Source of the DNA: Escherichia coli
GTDB taxonomy: Bacteria > Pseudomonadota > Gammaproteobacteria > Enterobacterales > Enterobacteriaceae
Assembly: GCF_016026235.1 (NCBI RefSeq)
Contig: NZ_CP065613.1
Reading direction: 5' to 3' (one strand)
Length of the DNA stretch: 64,000 nt
Every line of letters begins with the position of its first letter. Position 1 is the first letter of the stretch. Of the stretch, positions 56,348 through 63,486 are shown in pieces. The notes under the pieces are model-generated. The model was given only the letters and a program-made list of their open reading frames with translations. It was not told where the DNA came from and searched no databases. The position numbers and the translations under genes are program-made.

Positions 56348-56644
56348 TTATACCTCTGAATCAATATCAACCTGGTGGTGAGCAATGGTTTCAACCATGT
56401 ACCGGATGTGTTCTGCCATGCGCTCCTGAAACTCAACATCGTCATCAAACGCACGGGTAATGGCTTTTTTGCTGGCCCCGTGGCGTTGCAAATGATCGAT
56501 GCATAGCGATTCAAACAGGTGCTGGGGCAGGCCTTTTTCCATGTCGTCTGCCAGTTCTGCCTCTTTCTCTTCACGGGCGAGCTGCTGGTAGTGACGCGCC
56601 CAGCTCTGAGCCTCAAGACGATCCTGAATGTAATAAGCGTTCAT
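56348..56644 (-). CDS. gam: lambda Gam (short form), RecBCD inhibitor
   Basis: 98 aa, [66 protein letters not shown]... Confidence 0.95.
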   Translation of the reverse strand: MNAYYIQDRLEAQSWARHYQQLAREEKEAELADDMEKGLPQHLFESLCIDHLQRHGASKKAITRAFDDDVEFQERMAEHIRYMVETIAHHQVDIDSEV

Positions 56645-56719
56645 GGCTGAACTCCTGAAAATGGCTGTGAAAATATCGCCCGCGAAATGCCAGGCTGATT
56701 AGGAAAACAGGAAAGGGGG

Positions 56720-56863
56720 TTAGTGAATGCTTTTGCTTGATCTCAGTTTCAGTATTAATATCCATTTTTTATAAGCGTCGACGGCTTCACGAAACATCTT
56801 TTCATCGCCAATAGAAGTGGCGATAGTGAATTTAGTCTGGATAGCCATAAGTGTTTTATCCAT
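56720..56863 (-). CDS. kil: Kil (host cell-division inhibitor)
   Basis: The internal ATG 56863 gives 47 aa, [47 protein letters not shown], near-identical to lambda Kil. The track ORF is over-extended. Confidence 0.85.
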   Translation of the reverse strand: MDKTLMAIQTKFTIATSIGDEKMFREAVDAYKKWILILKLRSSKSIH

Positions 56864-56996
56864 TTTTGGGAACTCCTGGCTGATTAAGTACGTCGATGAG
56901 TCGTTTCCATCCGTCACGTAATTTACGGGTGATTCGTTCAAGTAAAGATTCGGAAGGGCAGCCAGCAACAGGCCACCCTGCAATGGCATATTGCAT
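56856..56996 (-). CDS. cIII: CIII (FtsH inhibitor)
   Basis: Not in the track (46 aa). ATG 56996 follows [54 protein letters not shown] matches lambda CIII, with a shorter C-terminus. Confidence 0.85.
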   Translation of the reverse strand: MQYAIAGWPVAGCPSESLLERITRKLRDGWKRLIDVLNQPGVPKNG

Positions 56997-57101
56997 GGTG
57001 TGCTCCTTATTTACGCTTTAAATTGCTCCGTGTATTCACTCGTTGGAATGAATACACAGTGCAGTGTTTATTCTGTTGTTTATGCCAAAAATAAAGACCA
57101 A

Positions 57102-57725
57102 CTATGCGGCCTCGGAAGGAAGTCCAATCATCTTATTCAAATCTTCTACCCGTAAAGCAGGAAGTGCTGTACTTGCTTTATCTGCTTCTTTTGGTAGCAA
57201 TTCTTTGCTTTCAGGCCAAACTTCAATAAGTCGCTTAACTGTTGTGACTGAGTTCAAAGCAGCCCATACATTTGATTCGATATCCTTTTTCCTGGCTTTA
57301 AGTTTTTGTTGCAATGCGCAGATTTCATCAAACCTTTTTGTTATTTCGTGTTCTGCGCTAAACATGCATTTATCTCTGGTCGGAGTAGGGAGCAATATAT
57401 CTTCGCCGTTGCCGTCTTTCCCATATGAATACCATCCAACCCTTCTGCCAGATACAGTCAGATAAATTGAAGTAGAACGAACATCGCATGAGTAAAATGA
57501 ACATCCCATCTTTTCAAGTTCTTCACTTATAGCTACCAACTTGGATGATAACTGATCCACTTCCTCAGTTTTCTTCTTCCCGCCAAACGCAACAACTCTG
57601 GCGTCAAGTGCAAGCTGGTTCTTTAGCTTTGTTACTTCTTCAAGTTCAGTGAACACCCCGGACTTAATTAAAGCGTTGCGTGCTATTACTTCTTTTATTC
57701 TCGTTGTTAAGCGGATTGATGACAT
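57102..57725 (-). CDS. 207-aa protein of unknown function in the cIII-N accessory slot
   Basis: ATG 57725 follows SD GAGAGGA (MSSIRLTTRIKEVIARNALIK...). No family recognised with confidence. Confidence 0.6.
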   Translation of the reverse strand: MSSIRLTTRIKEVIARNALIKSGVFTELEEVTKLKNQLALDARVVAFGGKKKTEEVDQLSSKLVAISEELEKMGCSFYSCDVRSTSIYLTVSGRRVGWYSYGKDGNGEDILLPTPTRDKCMFSAEHEITKRFDEICALQQKLKARKKDIESNVWAALNSVTTVKRLIEVWPESKELLPKEADKASTALPALRVEDLNKMIGLPSEAA

Positions 57726-57786
57726 ATTAATTCCTCTCAAATAAGTGGTTTGCTGCCTGATTTCATTTTCTGGCGACCAACACAAG

Positions 57787-58170
57787 TCATCTTGCTGTCA
57801 GCTGTTTGGATTTCCTGTAGCCTGCCGCGTAAAGAGCTACGTTTGGAAGACATACACCAGTTTCTGGTTGCTTATGTCCAAACTCATTCGCGTACACAAT
57901 GGCCGCTCGCTCCAGATTGCGTCTGTATTCTTTCTGTTGCCAGATCACGTCCTGTGCCATGAACTTAATTGGCTTAGCGTCTTCTATGCGCTCAGGCGTT
58001 TCGTGAGTACCTTTAGCCTGAATCTGTGCTCTGCTTAGAGTAGGGCGGTGTAATACTTCTGAACTTATTGCTTCTTCGCGGGCCAGCACGCCGTTAGCTA
58101 ATGCCTTTGCCTTTAAACGCTCACGACGACGAGAACGTGAATTGCCTTTGAACTGAGTTCTGCGTGTCAT
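57787..58170 (-). CDS. N: N-type transcription antiterminator (P22 gp24 / 933W N family)
   Basis: 127 aa with an arginine-rich motif GNSRSRRRERLKAKALA near the N-terminus. The C-terminus VALYAAGYRKSKQLTAR is as in P22/Stx-phage N, from memory. Confidence 0.85.
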   Translation of the reverse strand: MTRRTQFKGNSRSRRRERLKAKALANGVLAREEAISSEVLHRPTLSRAQIQAKGTHETPERIEDAKPIKFMAQDVIWQQKEYRRNLERAAIVYANEFGHKQPETGVCLPNVALYAAGYRKSKQLTAR

Positions 58171-58335
58171 ATAGACCTCCTGATGAACTTTGGTGGTGTG
58201 GTAGGTGGGAGACCCATTTTGACCTGTTTCGGCCTACTTCAATTCGGCAATAGTCCCGCAGGCCTCGCCGCTTTACGTGCGACATATTCCCGTCCATGAA
58301 CCCTTCACCACACCCCAAAGTTCACTTTGGTTATT

Positions 58336-58350
58336 GCGCTTTGTCAGCGC
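58336..58350 (-). promoter_or_regulatory. nutL boxB-like hairpin
   Basis: The minus strand reads GCGCTGACAAAGCGC (5-bp stem, GACAA pentaloop), the P22-type boxB sequence as I remember it. It lies between OL and N. I found no convincing boxA. Confidence 0.55.
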
Positions 58351-58421
58351 CGTAGATTCATATTCGAATCGTTGTATATTCACCGCCCTGGTGAGTAGTG
58401 CGTCCTGCTGATGGCTTAAAG

Positions 58422-58504
58422 ATAACCTAGGTTATAGCGGTGGTCAATAACTTAATTTATGGATTCTGATAAATAAGTTATAAGTGATGGATAATAAAGG
58501 TATT
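58422..58504. promoter_or_regulatory. OL operator cluster / pL region
   Basis: ATAACctagGTTAT (58422-58435), ATAACttaaTTTAT (58447-58460), a 13-nt variant ATAAAtaaGTTAT (58469-58481) and ATAATaaagGTATT (58491-58504). Same half-sites as at OR. Confidence 0.6.
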
Positions 58505-58620
58505 TTATTTTTGTAAATGTTGCGGATTGGTCGGTATTGGAAGGGGGGCGCTGTATTGCTGGCGTGTTGGTTCGTGGTTTACCGCATTTGCGGCTGTTAA
58601 ATATGGGGGACGATCGCGAG

Positions 58621-58650
58621 GCAAAGAAAACCCGGCGCGGAAGCCGGGTT
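58621..58650 (-). terminator. intrinsic terminator closing the immunity-region transcript
   Basis: Minus strand: CCCGGC-ttccgc-GCCGGG followed by TTTTCTTTG. Confidence 0.7.
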
Positions 58651-58665
58651 TGAGATTTAGTTATT

Positions 58666-58800
58666 TTCAGCAGCTCGGATAAGAGCGGAAGTGCTGACGA
58701 ACATGTTCGAGCTCACCGAAACGTATGCGGCAGTAACTGCGCACATAAACCGGCTTGTCGTGTTCGTAGATGAAGTCATCGCGATTAACATCGTGAGCCA
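58666..58800 (-). CDS. 44-codon ORF of unknown function
   Basis: Not in the track. ATG 58800 lies 7 nt after SD AGGAGA. MAHDVNRDDFIYEHDKPVYVRSYCRIRFGELEHVRQHFRSYPSC. Followed by the terminator. Confidence 0.4.
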
Positions 58801-58949
58801 TAGCTTTTCTCCTGTTTTTGTATACAGCCTGTTTACCCGAACAGGTTGTAGTTTGTTGGGAGAACCGCTATCCTTGGCTTGCGGTTGCCAAGGGTGTAGC
58901 GGTAGGTAATCCTCCATACACTTCGGAAATACTGGATATATTTCCGACC

Positions 58950-58974
58950 CAAAAAGCCCCGTTCCCTCGGGGCT
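58950..58974 (-). terminator. intrinsic terminator directly after orf177
   Basis: Minus strand: AGCCCCG-agggaa-CGGGGCT followed by TTTTT, starting at the base after the stop codon. Confidence 0.7.
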
Positions 58975-59508
58975 TTATTCTTTTGTTCCGCCATCAATCA
59001 TCGCAAAAGATTCCACAATCAGACTGATACGCTTGGCTTCATCTTTTGTCAGGTCGCGAGGCAGGTTGCCAATGGTGACGATAAGATCTCCGCGCAATGG
59101 AATCGGCAGTTCAAATGTTTTTACACCAACCTGTACGTCAGCTACCGCCTTCTTCTTAGGTGCCATCTTTTTACGCTCCTTTTTTTTATTTACATCACCA
59201 ACTGACACATTAATCTCACCATTCTGGTAGGAGATAAATTTATCAATAGCACTTTGCATTCGGCTTTTGTATGCCTGCAAAGATGATTCAGAAGGTTTGC
59301 TTTCTGCTGAGTCTGCGTACGAACTTGCTAAGTTGGCAACGCTATAATCACGGATATCGGCATCGGTGAAATCCGACCCAAGAACAGTAAGAAGGCGCAG
59401 GGAAGAGTCACGGAGATTGCGGGCTGTAGCATCATTGACGATACCAAGCTCAGGAAGCATCTGTAAGAAGTCCTGAAATGCTTTGATGGTGTAGCTTTTG
59501 GTTTGCAT
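58975..59508 (-). CDS. 177-aa protein of unknown function (rexAB-slot cassette)
   Basis: Clean ORF with SD TGAGG. Helical N-half, a basic linker KKKERKKMAPKKK, and C-terminal ...FELPIPLRGDLIVTIGNLPRDLTKDEAKRISLIVESFAMI. No family recognised. Confidence 0.65.
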   Translation of the reverse strand: MQTKSYTIKAFQDFLQMLPELGIVNDATARNLRDSSLRLLTVLGSDFTDADIRDYSVANLASSYADSAESKPSESSLQAYKSRMQSAIDKFISYQNGEINVSVGDVNKKKERKKMAPKKKAVADVQVGVKTFELPIPLRGDLIVTIGNLPRDLTKDEAKRISLIVESFAMIDGGTKE

Positions 59509-59535
59509 AAAAAAGCCTCATACAGTTGATGAGAC

Positions 59536-59564
59536 AATACTAATTTGATCGTCAAAACAAATCA
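59536..59564 (-). promoter_or_regulatory. sigma70 promoter internal to the cassette (pLIT-like position), driving orf177
   Basis: Minus strand: TTGATT (59564-59559), 17-bp spacer, TAGTAT (59541-59536). A 10-bp palindrome AACGATCGTT lies just upstream. Confidence 0.5.
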
Positions 59565-59697
59565 AGACCCAAGAAACGATCGTTGATTCCTTTCTTTGTG
59601 ACAATACAGTCAAATCAAGTTTTACAAGGATTACTTTTCTTCGATTACATTAAAGGCCGCACTTCTGCGACCATCCATCACCAAAATGTCTCTTCAC

Positions 59698-60039
59698 TCA
59701 TCCGAAGAAGCAGCAATCCGGGTCAGCACGCACAAGCTCAAGCGCATCAGTCAGCGAAAGTTCAGTACTGTACTGATGCCATTTCATATCCTTCCGCATC
59801 CAATAGATTTTCCATCTATCCAGAGAACGTATGTACTTGATTCTTGCTGATGGCAGGATGTTTGTTTCACCTGGGTTGCCCTGCCACACGGGGCGCTGTT
59901 CGCCGATATCTATCGTTTGGTCATTGATGCTATAAACAATATCCAGTTCATTGCGGATATGTTCAGGCGGCCTTATGCTTTCAATGAATTGGTGAACTTC
60001 TTTTTTGACCGCTTGATATTCAAGGTCAGTGAACGCCAT
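59698..60039 (-). CDS. 113-aa protein, DUF3024-like (rexAB-slot cassette)
   Basis: SD GAGGAGGA begins 37 nt after the cI stop. The C-terminal pattern ...IKYIRSLDRWKIYWMRKDMKWHQY...CCFFG resembles DUF3024 from memory. Confidence 0.65.
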   Translation of the reverse strand: MAFTDLEYQAVKKEVHQFIESIRPPEHIRNELDIVYSINDQTIDIGEQRPVWQGNPGETNILPSARIKYIRSLDRWKIYWMRKDMKWHQYSTELSLTDALELVRADPDCCFFG

Positions 60040-60076
60040 CTATCCTCCTCACCCAAACGTTTCTTCAGGCCACTGG

Positions 60077-60784
60077 TTACCAGCTATGCGATGACCAGAA
60101 TACTCTGCCAATAATCCTTACGGTTTTATGAAATTCATCTCTATCCATTACTTCATCCGGGTACTCTTCGCGATTTATTGATCTGATTATCACCGATGTA
60201 GGAGTGGCGATTAATGTTTTTACTCGCAACAAATCAGACTGGCAAATAGCGTAGGTTTTACCATCTCTGATGGTGGTATCTTGTGTGTTAACACCAACAA
60301 CATCGCCATCGTGAAGAGTTGGTTCCATGCTTTGACCTGTTACCCTTACCAGCTTGGCAGAACTTTCAGTTACCCCCATCTTTTTCAGATAGTACTTTCT
60401 GAAAACCAAAGAGAACTCTGATGATTCTTCTATCTCGCAGCTACCGCTTCCAGCCGAAAGCGAAACGTTAAGAAGAGGCAATGCGACAAACTCGTCATCG
60501 TTTTTTTTAATGTCTTCCCATACCACAGCTTTTAAAGATGACTCACGGATATTGGATGGTTCTTCATGTGTACCATCCCTCATTTCACCAATACCAGAAC
60601 TAAGCCATTCAGGGCGTACTTTTAAAGCATTAGCTAACTCAACCATCTTGCGAGATCCGTTTGTTTTACCGGATGACATCTTCTGTATGGCTGGCTGAGA
60701 TATTCCAACCATGTCCGCAAGCTGTGATTGCGACACCCCTGCCGATCTCATGGCTGCATTTAGTCTTTCTGCGAATGTTTTCAT
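60077..60784 (-). CDS. cI: CI-type prophage repressor (N-terminal HTH + C-terminal S24/LexA-like autopeptidase)
   Basis: HTH VSQSQLADMVGISQPAIQKMSSG, an Ala-Gly cleavage-type site (LSAGSG), catalytic GQSMEPT and a downstream Lys (LRVKTL). I prefer ATG 60784 (MKTFAERL...) over track start 60814. Confidence 0.85.
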   Translation of the reverse strand: MKTFAERLNAAMRSAGVSQSQLADMVGISQPAIQKMSSGKTNGSRKMVELANALKVRPEWLSSGIGEMRDGTHEEPSNIRESSLKAVVWEDIKKNDDEFVALPLLNVSLSAGSGSCEIEESSEFSLVFRKYYLKKMGVTESSAKLVRVTGQSMEPTLHDGDVVGVNTQDTTIRDGKTYAICQSDLLRVKTLIATPTSVIIRSINREEYPDEVMDRDEFHKTVRIIGRVFWSSHSW

Positions 60785-60796
60785 ATCCACAAATCT

Positions 60797-60859
60797 ATAA
60801 CTACGGTTATCCAAAGTAAAATAATAAAGGTTATTGCTATCTTTTATAACTTGGGTTAT
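60797..60859. promoter_or_regulatory. OR tripartite operator (pRM/pR region)
   Basis: Three 14-bp sites with 24- and 25-bp centre spacing: ATAACtacgGTTAT (60797-60810), ATAATaaagGTTAT (60821-60834), ATAACttggGTTAT (60846-60859). Confidence 0.65.
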
Positions 60860-60895
60860 CCTTGGTTATAAGTAATGGCTGAAAGAGGTATGCTC

Positions 60896-61120
60896 ATGAA
60901 TTTAGTAATTCAACGAGCCTTGAAGATTGTCGGTAGTCAAAAGCGGCTTGCCGACAAGTGTGGTGTAACGCAGCCAGCAGTACACAAATGGCTGAAAGGC
61001 GGGCAGGTTTCTCCAGAGAAAGTTACCGCCATCGTTAACGCCACTGGAGGGCAGATCAAGGCTTACGAAATTCGCCCAGATTTACCACACCTGTTTCCAA
61101 AACCGAATCAGGCAGCATAA
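60896..61120 (+). CDS. cro: Cro-like HTH regulator
   Basis: ATG 60896 follows SD AGAGG. 74 aa, with HTH SQKRLADKCGVTQPAVHKWLKGG. Confidence 0.75.
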   Translation: MNLVIQRALKIVGSQKRLADKCGVTQPAVHKWLKGGQVSPEKVTAIVNATGGQIKAYEIRPDLPHLFPKPNQAA

Positions 61121-61258
61121 GTAACACCGCTATTTTCACAATGGGCATTCGTCCTACGTCGCTGACAAAGCGAGCCCCAAGATATCTGACCAACTAAGGC
61201 CATATGCGTTTCCACGCATAGCTTTCAACTAACTATTCACTATTGGAAATCTTAAGAA

Positions 61259-61558
61259 ATGGAACAAACAAGTTACAGCAAACTATCACAGCGCGACGTT
61301 GATCGTGCAGAAACAGATTTACTCATCAACCTGTCAACGCTTACCCAGCGCGGTCTGGCAAAGATGATTGGCTGTCATGAATCGAAGATAAGCAGAACGG
61401 ACTGGAGGTTTATTGCTTCGGTCTTGTGTGCTTTCGGAATGGCATCAGACATCAGTCCGATTAGCAGGGCTTTTAAGTATGCGATTGATGGACTCACCAA
61501 TAAAAAACGCCCAGTGTGCAAGACCGAGCGTTCTGAACAAATCCAGATGGAATTTTAA
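61259..61558 (+). CDS. cII: CII-like transcriptional activator
   Basis: 99 aa. The C-terminus TNKKRPVCKTERSEQIQMEF parallels lambda CII (TNKKRPAATERSEQIQMEF). HTH QRGLAKMIGCHESKISR. Confidence 0.8.
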   Translation: MEQTSYSKLSQRDVDRAETDLLINLSTLTQRGLAKMIGCHESKISRTDWRFIASVLCAFGMASDISPISRAFKYAIDGLTNKKRPVCKTERSEQIQMEF

Positions 61559-61580
61559 CAACATCCAACGAGGTAATTAT

Positions 61581-61724
61581 ATGCGAAAAACGCAGGAAAA
61601 TAAACGCGTTAATCACCGAAAAGATGTGCTACGTGACCAGTTTTATCAGGGGGTTAATCCAGAAATAGCTGTGCCACTGAGAGAAATACTTAACAGGTAC
61701 AAAACTTCGGAGAAGTCAAAATGA
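61581..61724 (+). CDS. 47-codon ORF of unknown function
   Basis: ATG 61581 follows SD GAGGTAA. ATGA overlap with the O-like gene start. Below the track cut-off. Confidence 0.4.
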   Translation: MRKTQENKRVNHRKDVLRDQFYQGVNPEIAVPLREILNRYKTSEKSK

Positions 61725-62030
61725 GCATGAATCTTATGGCTAAGGCCATGAATATAAAGGTTGGCAACCCACTGAGAAAACTGATTCTGATTAAACTTGC
61801 CGATAACGCCAATGATAATGGCGAATGCTGGCCTTTATATCAACATGTCGCTGACCAGTGTGAGGTGAGCAGATCGACAGTAAAAAGTCACATTAGGGCA
61901 CTGGAAGAGATGGGGCTTTTGAAAAGGGAATGCAGAAGAAAAGGAGAGCTTAACCAGTCAAACGTTTTTTATCTGACGCTGGATAATGCACAACAAATCC
62001 CACCAGAATCAGGTGGGGCAGGAGCTGCCC

Positions 62031-63486
62031 TAGGGGGTGCCCCTATTAAGTTGTCAAGCATGTTATGACCCCTGCGGGGTATAAAAAGTCCCGTCGCGCA
62101 TCATGGCGAACAGAACGTCGCAGCGTCGTCTCGCCAGGGCGATAAGCGCCTGATTGTGTCGTTTTCCCTGACTCATTTTGCGGGTGTAGTAAGCCCTGGA
62201 GAGCGGATCCCTGAGCGCGGCGAAGGCCGACAGGAACAACGCCCGTTTGAGAGCTTTATTACCCCGTCGCGAGGGATGCTCACCGCGTATTGACGAGCCG
62301 GATCGCCGAGTTACCGGCGCAAGGCCAGCATAAGCAGCGAGATGTGCGGCAGAGGCGAAGGCGCGGCAGGCGACCTCGGTGAGGAGTCTGGCTGCGGTCC
62401 TGACACCGACTCTGGGCATACTGGTCAGGACCGGGTAAAGAGGGTGAGCAAGAACTCGCTGTTCTACCTCAAGCGCCACCTCGTCTCTTTGCTTACGCAG
62501 CGTGATGAGCTGGAGTGCCAGACGTGGCAGTACTACGGCAGCGGCATTCGTGCCGGGAACGACGACGGTTTGTTCGGCCAGTGCCTGAGCTATGTCTGCT
62601 GCAAGGCGTTTACCCAGACGAGGCGCAAGTTTGCAGAGCTGGGCTGCCAGCTTCTTCTCACCCAGCGAAGCGAGTTTTTCTGGTGAGGGATATCGCTGGA
62701 GAAGATCGAGTACCGCCGGGTGCTCAAGTCTCGGACCGAGAACGCGCTCCAGTGCCGGATGTATCTGGGTCAGAAGGCCGCGGATACGGTTGCTGGCCTG
62801 CGTTGTCTGTGCGGCAAGATCATCATCGAAGCCGCAGAGCATGGAGAGTTCGGCGATTTGCTCGTCAGCCAGTTTCAGCGTGCGTAGCGCGTGAGGCAGG
62901 GTACGGGCAGCTTCGGCAATGATGGCAGCGTCACGAGCATCAGTTTTAGCTTCACCGGCGTGTAAGTCGGCTATGCGGCGCATGGCCAGTCCAGGGAGGT
63001 ATCCGACAAGGACTCCTTCTGAGCGGGCAACGGCGACAGGTAACGCACCGATGGTAGCTGGCTGATCAACAACCAGCAGTATCTGACCATGTTGTTTCAG
63101 GTCAGATATTAGCGACCTGAGTTTGTTTTCGTCGTTGGGTAATGCTTTATCGAACAGGCGTTTACCTGAACGATTAATGGCAACAGCGTGATGCGTATCT
63201 TTACCGACATCAACGCCGATAAAGACCTGGACGGATTCGTAATCGCTGGATTCGGTCATTCTGTCTCCCTTGTATATGGGTTAACCAGATAACCACGGGG
63301 AGCAGGTACCGGCATCCACGTTACAGACGGTCCCGGCAAAAGTGCCTGACCTGACCCCTATTAGCGGTTACCAGCGCCCCACCAGACCCGGTGACATCAC
63401 CCCCCGGATCATGGACGACTGGGGGCAGTAATCATGCCGGGTCTGGCTGGCTAACACCCCATTATAAGGGGTACGAATAAAGTAAC
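62031..63486 (-). mobile_element. IS110-family insertion sequence (~1.46 kb; ends inferred from the flanking 16-bp repeat)
   Basis: A single DEDD-type transposase gene. 227-bp 5' non-coding end, 32-bp 3' end, no terminal inverted repeats seen. Flanked by the identical 16-mers at 62015-62030 and 63487-63502. Confidence 0.8.
62063..63259 (-). CDS. IS110-family (DEDD) transposase/recombinase
   Basis: 398 aa. The N-terminus FIGVDVGKDTHHAVAI...AKTDARDA is DEDD_Tnp_IS110-like. The C-terminal ...VGVRTAARLLTEV...AAYAGLAPVTRRSGSSIRG is Transposase_20-like. Confidence 0.9.
   Translation of the reverse strand: MTESSDYESVQVFIGVDVGKDTHHAVAINRSGKRLFDKALPNDENKLRSLISDLKQHGQILLVVDQPATIGALPVAVARSEGVLVGYLPGLAMRRIADLHAGEAKTDARDAAIIAEAARTLPHALRTLKLADEQIAELSMLCGFDDDLAAQTTQASNRIRGLLTQIHPALERVLGPRLEHPAVLDLLQRYPSPEKLASLGEKKLAAQLCKLAPRLGKRLAADIAQALAEQTVVVPGTNAAAVVLPRLALQLITLRKQRDEVALEVEQRVLAHPLYPVLTSMPRVGVRTAARLLTEVACRAFASAAHLAAYAGLAPVTRRSGSSIRGEHPSRRGNKALKRALFLSAFAALRDPLSRAYYTRKMSQGKRHNQALIALARRRCDVLFAMMRDGTFYTPQGS

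Noticed and set aside
62031-63486. Circle-junction promoter for the IS (TTGACA in one end, TATAAT in the other)
   Set aside because: With the ends inferred from the 16-bp flanking repeat, the hexamers would be 41 nt apart across a junction. A 17-nt spacing would require ends 24 nt further in, which contradicts the precise restoration of the O-like reading frame. Kept only as a note inside the IS finding.
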